Under the pieces are notes generated by a model, which did no database searches, was not told the origin of the DNA, and saw only the letters and a program-made list of their open reading frames with translations. The translations under genes and the position numbers were made by a program. Below, in pieces: positions 53,101 to 64,000 of a stretch of DNA of 64,000 nucleotides. How positions within the stretch are numbered: position 1 is the first letter of the stretch; each line of letters begins with the position of its first letter. This DNA comes from the human T2T-CHM13v2.0 reference genome, Homo sapiens, in assembly GCF_009914755.1 (NCBI RefSeq), contig NC_060925.1, one strand, 5' to 3'.

Positions 53101-56100
53101 AGGCCTTCGTTGGAAACGGGTTTTTTTCATGTAAGGCTAGACAGAAGAATTCCCAGTAACTTCCTTGTGTTGTGTGCATTCAACTCACAGAGTTGAACGT
53201 TCCCTTAGACAGAGCAGATTTGAAACACTCTATTTGTGCAATTTGCAAGTGTAGATTTCAAGCGCTTTAAGGTCAATGGCAGAAAAGGAAATATCTTCGT
53301 TTTAAAACTAGACAGAATCATTCCCACAAACTGCGTTGTGATGTGTTCGTTCAACTCACAGAGTTTAACCTTTCTGTTCATAGAGCAGTTAGGAAACACT
53401 CTGTTTGTAAAGTCTGTAAGTGGATATTCTGACATCTTGTGGCCTTCGTTGGAAACGGGATTTCTTCATATTCTGCTAGACAGAAGAATTCTCAGTAACT
53501 TCCTTGTGTTGTGTGTATTCAACTCACAGAGTTGAACGATCCTTTACACAGAGCAGACTTGAAACACTCTTTTTGTGGAATTTGCAAGTGGAGATTTCAG
53601 CCGCTTTGAGGTCAATGGTAGAATAGGAAATATCTTCCTATAGAAACTAGACAGAACGATTCTCAGAAACTCCTTTGTGATGTGTGTGTTGAACTCACAG
53701 AGTTTAACCTTTCTTTTCATAGAGCAGTTAGGAAACACTCTGTTTGTAAAGTCTGCAAGTGGATATTCAGACCTCTTTGAGGCCTTCGTTGGAAACGGGA
53801 TTTCTTCATATTCTGCTAGACAGAAGAATTCTCAGTAACTTCCTTGTGTTGTGTGTATTCAACTCACAGAGTTGAACGATCCTTTACACAGAGCAGACTT
53901 GAAACACTCTTTTTGTGGAATTTGCAAGTGGAGATTTCAGCCGCTTTGAGGTCAATGGTAGAAAAGTAAATATCTTCGTATAAAGACTAGACAGAATGAT
54001 TCTCAGAAACTCCTTTGTGATGTGTGCGTTCAACTCACAGAGTTTAACCTTTCTGTTCATAGAGCAGTTAGGAAACACTCTGTTTGTAAAGTCTGCAAGT
54101 GGATATTCAGACCTCCTTGAGGCCTTCGTTGGAAACGGGATTTCTTCATATTCTGCTAGACAGAAGAATTCTCAGTAACTTCCTTGTGTTGTGTGTATTC
54201 AACTCACAGAGTTGAACGATCCTTTACACAGAGCAGACTTGAAACACTCTTTTTGTGGAATTTGCAAGTGGAGATTTCAGCCGCTTTGAGGTCAATGGTA
54301 GAAAAGGAAATATCTTCGTATAAAGACTAGACAGAATGATTCTCAGAAACTCCTTTGTGATGTGTGCGTTCAACTCACAGAGTTTAACTTTTCTTTTCAT
54401 AGAGCCGTTAGGAAACACTCTGTTTGTAAAGTCTGCAAGTGGATATTCAGACCTCTTTGAGGCCTTCGTTGGAAACGGGATTTCTTCATATTATGCTAGA
54501 CAGAAGAATTCTCAGTAACTTCCTTGTGTTGTGTGTATTCAACTCACAGAATTGAACGATCCTTTACACAGAGCAGACTTGAAACATTCTTTTTGTGGAA
54601 TTTGCAAGTGGAGATTTCAGCCGCTTTGAGGTCAATCGTAGAATAGGAAATATCTTCCTATAGAAACTAGACAGAACGATTCTCAGAAACTCCTTTGTGA
54701 TGTGTGCGTACAACTCACAGAGTCTAACCTTTCTTTTCATAGAGCAGTTAGGAAACACTCTGTTTGTAAAGTCTGCAAGTGGATATTCAGACCTCTTTGA
54801 GGCCTTCGTTGGAAACGGGATTTCTTCATATTCTGCTAGACAGAAGAATTCGCAGTAACTTCCTTGTGTTGTGTGTATTCAACTCACAGAGTTGTACGAT
54901 CCTTTACACAGAGCAGACTTGAAACACTCTTTTTGTGGAATTTGCAAGTGGAGATTTCAGCCGCTTTGAGGTCAATAGTAGAAAAGGAAATATCTTCGTA
55001 GAAAAACTAGACAGAATGATTCTCAGAAACTCCTTTGTGATGTGTGCGTTCAACTCACAGAGTTTAACCTTTCTTTTCATAGAGCAGTTAGGAAACACTC
55101 TGTTTGTAAAGTCTGCAAGTGGATATTCAGACCTCTTTGAGGCCTTCGTTGGAAACGGGATTTCTTCATATTCTGCTAGACAGAATAATTCTCAGTAACT
55201 TCCTTGTGTTGTGTGTATTCAACTCACAGAGTTGAAAGATCCTTTACAGAGAGCAGGCTTGAAACACTCTTTTTGTCGAATTTGCAAGTGGAGATTTCAG
55301 CCGCTTTGAGGTCAATGGTAGAATAGGAAATATCTTCTTATAGAAACTAGACAGAATGATTCTCATAAACTCCTTTGTGATGTGTGCGTTCAACTCACAG
55401 AGTTTAACCTTTCTTTTCATAGAGCAGTTAGGAAACACTCTGTTTGTAAAGTCTGCAAGTGGATATTCAGACCTCCTTGAGGCCTTCGTTGGAAACGGGA
55501 TTTCTTCATATTCTGCTAGACAGAAGAATTCTCAGTAACTTCCTTGTGTTGTGTTTATTCAACTCACAGAGTTGAATGATCCTTTACACAGAGCAGACTT
55601 GAAACACTCTTTTTGTGGAATTTGCAAGTGGAGATTTCAGCCGCTTTGAGGTCAATGGTAGAAAAGTAAATATCTTCGTATAAAGACTAGACAGAATGAT
55701 TCTCAGAAACTCCTTTGTGATGTGTGCGTTCAACTCACAGAGTTTAACCTTTCTGTTCATAGAGCAGTTAGGAAACACTCTGTTTGTAAAGTCTGCAAGT
55801 GGATATTCAGACCTCCTTGAGGCCTTCGTTGGAAACGGGATTTCTTCATATTCTGCTAGACAGAAGAATTCTCAGTAACTTCCTTGTGTTGTGTGTATTC
55901 AAGTCACAGAGTTGAACGATCCTTTACACAGAGCAGACTTGAAACACTCTTTTTGTGGAATTTGCAAGTGGAGATTTCAGCCGCTTTCAGGTCAATAGTA
56001 GAAAAGGAAATATCTTCGTAGAAAAACTAGACAGAATGATTCTCAGAAACTCCTTTGTGATGTGTGTGTTCAACTCACAGAGTTTAACCTTTCTTTTCAT

Positions 56101-56230
56101 AGAGCAGTTAGTAAACACTCTGTTTATAAAGTCTGCAAGTGGATATTCAGACCCCTTTGAGGCCTTCGTTGGAAACGGGATTTCTTCATATTATGCTAGA
56201 CAGAAGAATTCTCAGTAACTTCCTTGTGTT

Positions 56231-58950
56231 GTGTGTATTCAACTGACAGAGTTGAACTTTCATTTAGAGAGAGCAGATTTGAAACACTGTTTTTGTGGAA
56301 TTTGCAAGTGGAGATTTCAAGCGCTTTGGGGCCAAAGGCACAAAAGGAAATATCTTCGTATAAAAACTAGACAGAATCATTCTCAGAAACTGCTGCGTGA
56401 TGTGTGCGTTCAACTCTCAGAGTTTAACTTTTCTTTTCATTCAGCGGTTTGGAAACACTCTGTTTGTAAAGTCTGCACGTGGAAATTTTGACCACTTAGA
56501 GGCCTTCGTTGGAAACGGGTTTTTTTCATGTAAGGCTAGACAGAAGAATTCCCAGTAACTTCCTTGTGTTGTGTGCATTCAACTCACAGAGTTGAACGTT
56601 CCCTTAGACAGAGCAGATTTGAAACACTCTATTTGTGCAATTTGCAAGTGTAGATTTCAAGCGCTTTAAGGTCAATGGCAGAAAAGGAAATATCTTCGTT
56701 TCAAAACTAGACAGAATCATTCCCAAAAACTGCGTTGTGATGTGTTCGTTCAACTCACAGAGTTTAACCTTTCTGTTCATAGAGCAGTTAGGAAACACTC
56801 TGTTTGTAAAGTCTGTAAGTGGATATTCTGACATCTTGTGGCCTTCGTTGGAAACGGGATTTCTTCATATTCTGCTAGACAGAAGAATTCTCAGTAACTT
56901 CCTTGTGTTGTGTGTATTCAACTCACAGAGTTGAACGATCCTTTACACAGAGCAGACTTGAAACACTCTTTTTGTGGAATTTGCAAGTGGAGATTTCAGC
57001 CACTTTGAGGTCAATGGTAGAAAACGAAACTATCTTCATAGAAAGACTAGACAGAATGATTCTAAGAAAATCTTTTGTGATGTGTGCGTTCAACTCACAG
57101 AGTTTAACTTTTCTTCTCATAGAGCAGTTAGGAAACACTCTGTTTGTAAAGTGTGCAAGTGGATATTCAGACCTCTTTGAGGCCTTCGTTGGAAAAGGGA
57201 TTTCTTCATATTATGCTAGACAGAATAATTCTCAGTAACTTCCTTGTGTTGTGTGTATTCAACTCAGAGAGTTGAAGGATCCTTTACAGAGAGCAGGCTT
57301 GAAACACTCTTTTTGTCGAATTTGCAAGTGGATATTTCAGCCGCTTTGAGGTCAATGGTAGAATAGGAAATATCTTCTTATAGAAACTAGACAGAATGAT
57401 TCTCATAAACTCCTTTGTGATGTGTGCGTTCAACTCACAGAGTTTAACCTTTCTTTTCATAGAGCAGTTAGGAAACACTCTGTTTGTAAAGTCTGCAAGT
57501 GGATATTCAGACCTACTTGAGGCCTTCGTTGGAAACGGGATTTCTTCATATTCTGCTAGACAGAAGAATTCTCAGTAACTTCCTTGTGTTGTGTTTATTC
57601 AACTCACAGAGTTGAATGATCCTTTACACAGAGCAGACTTGAAACTCTCTTTTTGTGGAATTTGCAAGTGGAGATTTCAGCCGCTTTGAGGTCAATGGTA
57701 GAAAAGTAAATATCTTCGTATAAAGACTAGACAGAATGATTCTCAGAAACTCCTTTGTGATGTGTGCGTTCAACTCACAGAGTTTAACCTTTCTGTTCAT
57801 AGAGCAGTTAGGAAACACTCTGTTTGTAAAGTCTGCAAGTGGATATTCAGACCTCCTTGAGGCCTTCGTTGGAAACGGGATTTCTTCATATTCTGCTAGA
57901 CAGAAGAATTCTCAGTAACTTCCTTCTGTTGTGTGTATTCAACTCACAGAGTTGAACGATCCTTTACACAGAGCAGACTTGAAACACTCTTTTTGTGGAA
58001 TTTGCAAGTGGAGATTTCAGCCGCTTTGAGGTCAATGGTAGAAAAGGAAATATCTTCGTATAAAGACTAGACAGAATGATTCTCAGAAACTCCTTTGTGA
58101 TGTGTGCGTTCAACTCACAGAGTTTAACTTTTCTTTTCATAGAGCCGTTAGGAAACACTCTGTTTGTAAAGTCTGCAAGTGGATATTCAGACCTCTTTGA
58201 GGCCTTCGTTGGAAACGGGATTTCTTCATATTCTGCTAGACAGAAGAATTCTCAGTAACTTCCTTGTGTTGTGTGTATTGAACTCACAGAGTTGAACGAT
58301 CCTTTACACAGAGCAGACTTGAAACATTCTTTTTGTGGAATTTGCAAGTGGAGATTTCAGCCGCTTTGAGGTCAATGGTAGAATAGGAAATATCTTTCTA
58401 TAGAAACTAGACAGAACGATTCTCAGAAACTCCTTTGTGATGTGTGCGTTCAACTCACAGAGTTTAACCTTTCTTTTCATAGAGCAGTTAGGAAACACTC
58501 TGTTTGTAAAGTCTGCAAGTGGATATTCAGACCTCTTTGAGGCCTTCGTTGGAAACGGGATTTCTTCATATTCTGCTAGACAGAAGAATTCTCAGTAACT
58601 TCCTTGTGTTGTGTGTATTCAACTCACAGAGTTGCACGATCCTTTACACAGAGCAGACTTGAAACACTCTTTTTGTGGAATTTGCAAGTGGAGATTTCAG
58701 CCGCTTTGAGGTCAATAGTAGAAAAGGAAATATCTTCGTAGAAAAACTACACAGAATGATTCTCAGAAACTCCTTTGTGATGTGTGTGTTCAACTCACAG
58801 AGTTTAACCTTTCTTTTCATAGAACAGTTAGTAAACACTCTGTTTATAAAGTCTGCAAGTGGATATTCAGACCCATTTGAGGCCTTCGTTGGAAACGGGA
58901 TTTCTTCATATTATGCTAGACAGAAGAATTCTCAGTAACTTCCTTGTGTT
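56231..58950 (+). repeat. 16-mer HOR variant (2720 bp)
   Basis: Offset 9858 from the 46373 copy. Confidence 0.8.
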
Positions 58951-59969
58951 GTGTGTATTCAACTGACAGAGTTGAACTTTCATTTAGAGAGAGCAGATTT
59001 GAAACACTGTTTTTGTGGAATTTGCAAGTGGAGATTTCAAGCGCTTTGGGGCCAAAGGCAGAAAAGGAAATATCTTCGTATAAAAACTAGACAGAATCAT
59101 TCTCAGAAACTGCTGCGAGATGTGTGCGTTCAACTCTCAGAGTTTAACTTTTCTTTTCATTCAGCGGTTTGGAAACACTCTGTTTGTAAAGTCTGCACGT
59201 GGATATTTTGACCACTTAGAGGCCTTCGTTGGAAACGGGTTTTTTTCATGTAAGGCTAGACAGAAGAATTCCCAGTAACTTCCTTGTGTTGTGTGCATTC
59301 AACTCACAGAGTTGAACGTTCCCTTAGACAGAGCAGATTTGAAACACTCTATTTGTGCAATTTGCAAGTGTAGATTTCAAGCGCTTTAAGGTCAACGGCA
59401 GAAAAGGAAATATCTTCGTTTCAAAACTAGACAGAATCATTCCCACAAACTGCGTTGTGATGTGTTCGTTCAACTCACAGAGTTTAACCTTTCTGTTCAT
59501 AGAGCAGTTAGGAAACACTCTGTTTGTAAAGTCTGTAAGTGGATATTCTGACATCTTGTGGCCTTCGTTGGAAACGGGATTTCTTCATATTCTGCTAGAC
59601 AGAAGAATTCTCAGTAACTTCCTTGTGTTGTGTGTATTCAACTCACGGAGTTGAACGATCTTTTACACAGAGCAGACTTGAAACACTCTTTTTGTGGAAT
59701 TTGCAATTGGAGATTTCAGCCGCTTTGAGGTCAATAGTAGAAAAGGAAATATCTTCGTAGAAAAACTAGACAGAATGATTCTCAGAAACTCCTTTGTGAT
59801 GTGTGTGTTCACCTCACAGAGTTTAACCTTTCTTTTCATAGAGCAGTTAGTAAACACTCTGTTTATAAAGTCTGCAAGTGGATATTCAGACCCCTTTGAG
59901 GCCTTCGTTGGAAACGGGATTTCTTCATATTATGCTAGACAGAAGAATTCTCAGTAACTTCCTTGTGTT
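58951..59969 (+). repeat. Canonical-length 6-mer HOR unit (1019 bp)
   Basis: X-dimer spacing 58951 to 59970. Confidence 0.85.
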
Positions 59970-62900
59970 GTGTGTATTCAACTGACAGAGTTGAACTTTC
60001 ATTTGGAGAGAGCAGATTTGAAACACTGTTTTTGTGGAATTTGCAAGTGGAGATTTCAAGCGCTTTGGGGCCAAAGGCAGAAAAGGAAATATCTTCGTAT
60101 AAAAACTAGACAGAATCATTCTCAGAAACTGCTGCGTGATGTGTGCGTTCAACTCTCAGAGTTTAACTTTTCTTTTCATTCAGCGGTTTGGAAACACTGT
60201 GTTTGTAAAGTCTGCACGTGGATATTTTGACCACTTAGAGGCCTTCGTTGGAAACGGGTTTTTTTCATGTAAGGCTAGACAGAAGAATTCCCAGTAACTT
60301 CCTTGTGTTGTGTGCATTCAACTCACAGAGTTGAACGTTCCCTTAGACAGAGCAGATTTGAAACACTCTATTTGTGCAATTTGCAAGTGTAGATTTCAAG
60401 CGCTTTATGGTCAACGGCAGAAAAGGAAATATCTTCGTTTCAAAACTAGACAGAATCATTCCCACAAACTGCGTAGTGATGTGTTCGTTCAACTCACAGA
60501 GTTTAACCTTTCTGTTCATAGAGCAGTTAGGAAACACTCTGTTTGTAAAGTCTGCAAGTGGATATTCAGACCTCTTTGAGGCCTTCGTTGGAAACGGGAT
60601 TTCTTCATATTCTGCTAGACAGAATAATTCTCAGTAACTTCCTTGTGTTGTGTGTATTCAACCCACAGAGTTGAAAGATCCTTTACAGAGAGCAGGCTTG
60701 AAACACTCTTTTTGTCGAATTTGCAAGTGGAGATTTCAGCCGCTTTGAGGTCAATGGTAGAATAGGAAATATCTTCCTATAGAAACTAGACAGAATGATT
60801 CTCATAAACTCCTTTGTGATGTGTGCGTTCAACTCACAGAGTTTAACCTTTCTTTTCATAGAGCAGTTAGGAAACACTCTGTTTGTAAAGTCTGCAAGTG
60901 GATATTCAGACCTCCTTGAGGCCTTCGTTGGAAACGGGATTTCTTCATATTCTGCTAGACAGAAGAATTCTCAGTAACTTCCTTGTGTTGTGTGTATTCA
61001 ACTCACAGAGTTGTACGATCCTTTACACAGAGCAGACTTGAAACACTCTTTTTGTGGAATTTGCAAGTGGAGATTTCAGCCGCTTTGAGGTCAATAGTAG
61101 AAAAGGAAATATCTTCGTAGAAAAACTAGACAGAATGATTCTCAGAAACTCCTTTGTGATGTGTGCGTTCAACTCACAGAGTTTAACCTTTCTTTTCATA
61201 GAGCAGTTAGGAAACACTCTGTTTGTAAAGTCTGCAAGTGGATATTCAGACCTCTTTGAGGCCTTCGTTTGAAACGGGATTTCTTCATATTCTGCTAGAC
61301 AGAATAATTCTCAGTAACTTCCTTGTGTTGTGTGTATTCAACTCACAGAGTTGAAAGACCCTTTACAGAGAGCAGGCTTGAAACACTCTTTTTGTCGAAT
61401 TTGCAAGTGGAGATTTCAGCCGCTTTGAGGTCAATGGTAGAATAGGAAATATCTTCTTATAGAAACTAGACAGAATGATTCTCATAAACTCCTTTGTGAT
61501 GTGTGCGTTCAACTCACAGAGTTTAACCTTTCTTTTCATAGAGCAGTTAGGAAACACTCTGTTTGTAAAGTCTGCAAGTGGATATTCAGACCTCTTTGAG
61601 GCCTTCGTTGGAAACGGGATTTCTTCATATTATGCTAGACAGAATAATTCTCAGTAACTTCCTTGTGTTTTGTGTTTTCAACTCACCGAGTTGAAGGATC
61701 CTTTACAGAGAGCAGGCTTGAAACACTCTTTTTGTCGAATTTGCAAGTGGAGATTACAGCCGCTTTGAGGTCAATGGTAGAAAAGGAAATATCTTCGTAT
61801 AAAGACTAGACAGAATGATTCTCATAAACTCCTTTGTGATGTGTGAGTTCAAATCACAGAGTTTAACTTTTCTTTTCATAGATCAGTTAGGAAACACTCT
61901 GTTTGTAAAGTCTGCAAGTGGATATTCAGACCTCTTTGAGGCCTTCGTTGGAAACGGGATTTCTTCATATTATGCTAGACAGAATAATTCTCAGTAACTT
62001 CCTTGTGTTGTGTGTATTCAATTCACAGAGTTGAAGGATCCTTTACAGAGAGCAGGCTTCAAACACTCTTTTTGTCGAATTTGCAAGTGGAGGTTTCAGT
62101 CGCTTTGAGGTCAATGGTGGAATAGGAAATATCTTCTTATAGAAACTAGACAGAATGATTCTCAGAAACTCCTTTGTGATGTGTGCGTTCAACTCACAGA
62201 GTCTAACCTTTCTTTTCGTAGAGCAGTTAGGAAACACTCTGTTTGTAAAGTCTGCAAGTGGATATTCAGACCTCCTTGAGGCCTTCGTTGGAAACGGGAT
62301 TTCTTCATATTCTGCTCTACAGAAGAATTCTCAGTAACTTCCTTGTGTTGTGTGTATTCAACTCACAGAGTTGAATGATCCTTTACACAGAGCAGACTTG
62401 AAACACTCTTTTTGTGGAATTTGCAAGTGGAGATTTCAGCCGCTTTGAGGTCAATAGTAGAAAAGGAAATATCTTCGTAGAAAAACTAGACAGAATGATT
62501 CTCAGAAACTCCTTTGTGATGTGTGTGTTCAACTCACAGAGTTTAACCTTTCTTTTCATAGAGCAGTTAGTAAACACTCTGTTTATAAAGTCTGCAAGTG
62601 GATATTCAGACCCCTTTGAGGCCTTCGTTGGAAACGGGATTTCTTCATATTATGCTAGACAGAAGAATTCTCAGTAACTTCCTTGTGTTGTGTGTATTCA
62701 ACTGACAGAGTTGAACTTTCATTTGGAGAGAGCAGATTTGAAACACTGTTTTTGTGGAATTTGCAAGTGGAGATTTCAAGCGCTTTGGGGCCAAAGGCAG
62801 AAAAGGAAATATCTTCGTATAAAAACTAGACAGAATCATTCTCGGAAACTGCTGCGTGATGTGTGCGTTCAACTCTCAGAGTTTAACTTTTCTTTTCATT

Positions 62901-64000
62901 CAGCGGTTTGGAAACACTCTGTTTGTAAAGTCTGCACGTGGAAATTTTGACCACTTAGAGGCCTTCGTTGGAAACGGGTTTTTTTCATGTAAGGCTAGAC
63001 AGAAGAATTCCCAGTAACTTCCTTGTGTTGTGTGCATTCAACTCACAGAGTTGAACGTTCCCTTAGACAGAGCAGATTTGAAACACTCTATTTGTGCAAT
63101 TTGCAAGTGTAGATTTCAAGCGCTTTAAGGTCAATGGCAGAAAAGGAAATATCTTCGTTTTAAAACTAGACAGAATCATTCCCACAAACTGCGTTGTGAT
63201 GTGTTCGTTCAACTCACAGAGTTTAACCTTTCTGTTCATAGAGCAGTTAGGAAACACTCTGTTTGTAAAGTCTGTAAGTGGATATTCTGACATCTTGTGG
63301 CCTTCGTTGGAAACGGGATTTCTTCATATTCTGCTAGACAGAAGAATTCTCAGTAACTTCCTTGTGTTGTGTGTATTCAACTCACAGAGTTGAACGATCC
63401 TTTACACAGAGCAGACTTGAAACACTCTTTTTGTGGAATTTGCAAGTGGAGATTTCAGCCGCTTTGATGTCAATGGTAGAAAAGGAAATAACTTCGTATA
63501 AAGACTAGACAGAATGATTCTCAGAAACTCTTTTGTGATGTGTGCGTTCAACTCACAGAGTTTAACCTTTCTGTTCATAGAGCCGTTAGGAAACACTCTG
63601 TTTGTAAAGTCTGCAAGTGGATATTCACACCTCCTTGAGACCTTCGTTGGAAACGGGATTTCTTCATATTCTGCTAGACAGAAGAATTCTCAGTAACTTC
63701 CTTGTGTTGTGTGTATTCAACTCACAGAGTTGTACGATCCTTTACACAGAGCAGACTTGAAACATTCTTTTTGTGGAATTTGCAAGTGGAGATTTCAGCC
63801 GCTTTGAGGTCAATGGTAGAATAGGAAATATCTTCCTATAGAAACTAGACAGAACGATTCTCAGAAACTCCTTTGTGATGTGTGCATTCAACTCACAGAG
63901 TTTAACCTTTCTTTTCATAGAGCAGTTAGGAAACACTCTGTTTGTAAAGTCTGCAAGTGGATATTCAGACCTCTTTGAGGCCTTCGTTGGAAACGGGATT

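Larger units (their letters stand above)
43480..53337 (+). repeat. 9858-bp tandem duplication, copy 1 (29 dimers)
   Basis: ORFs from 43686 to 53236 recur at +9858 with the same rare variants (43686/53544, 47045/56903, 52787/62645). Confidence 0.93.
53338..63467 (+). repeat. 9858-bp tandem duplication, copy 2 (plus ~270 bp of breakpoint ambiguity)
   Basis: Identity at offset 9858 starts after the mismatch 43479(a)/53337(t) and ends before 53610(g)/63468(t). Confidence 0.93.
1..64000 (+). repeat. Centromeric alpha-satellite array, SF1 dimeric type, most likely the human chr1/5/19 active HOR (D1Z7/D5Z2/D19Z3)
   Basis: Uninterrupted head-to-tail ~170-bp alphoid monomers with a 340-bp period (EcoRI GAATTC at 454, 794, 1134; ORF track repeats every 340 bp). 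CENP-B box in alternate monomers; 1019-bp 6-mer core. Alpha-satellite/SF1 identity is near certain. The family name comes from recalled consensus, not a search. Confidence 0.97.

Noticed and set aside
177-63936. Hundreds of 60-111 aa ORFs on both strands
   Set aside because: They recur every 340 bp in overlapping frames, are translations of alphoid DNA, have no recognisable domain or gene context, and are freely broken by SNVs and indels.
1-64000. CRISPR-like regular repeats with a palindromic motif
   Set aside because: The intervening sequence is itself repeated rather than unique spacers, the period is 170/340 bp, and there are no cas genes.
1-64000. Possible L1/Alu insertion, inversion or non-satellite island
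   Set aside because: The 340-bp phase and + orientation of the CENP-B box persist throughout, with no foreign sequence seen.
1-64000. Assignment to chr1, chr5 or chr19, or to the kinetochore (CDR) site
   Set aside because: The three arrays share this HOR, and the CDR is defined epigenetically. Neither can be decided without alignment and methylation/CENP-A data.

Overview
All 64 kb is primate centromeric alpha-satellite in one orientation. I found no genes, RNA genes, transposon insertions, inversions or CRISPR arrays, and every predicted ORF is a by-product of the repeat. The basic unit is the ~340-bp suprachromosomal family 1 (SF1) EcoRI dimer, with about 188 copies. One monomer carries a CENP-B box (CTTCGTTGGAAACGGGA) and the other a pJalpha-like site. 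The dimer and a 1019-bp three-dimer (6-mer) core match what I recall of the active human higher-order repeat (HOR) shared by chr1/5/19 (D1Z7/D5Z2/D19Z3, S1C1/5/19H1L); I cannot assign the chromosome. I see no new gene system. The notable signal is architectural: (1) HOR units vary from 3 to 13 dimers; (2) SNV-defined dimer subtypes recur in a fixed order, giving a 2720-bp 16-mer; (3) a near-perfect 9858-bp tandem duplication covers ~43.5-63.5 kb; (4) there are several older, nested 1-5.5-kb duplications, with mosaic SNV patterns suggesting gene conversion; (5) about 12 CENP-B boxes are disrupted. All comparisons were made by eye and from ORF-track offsets, so counts and boundaries are approximate.
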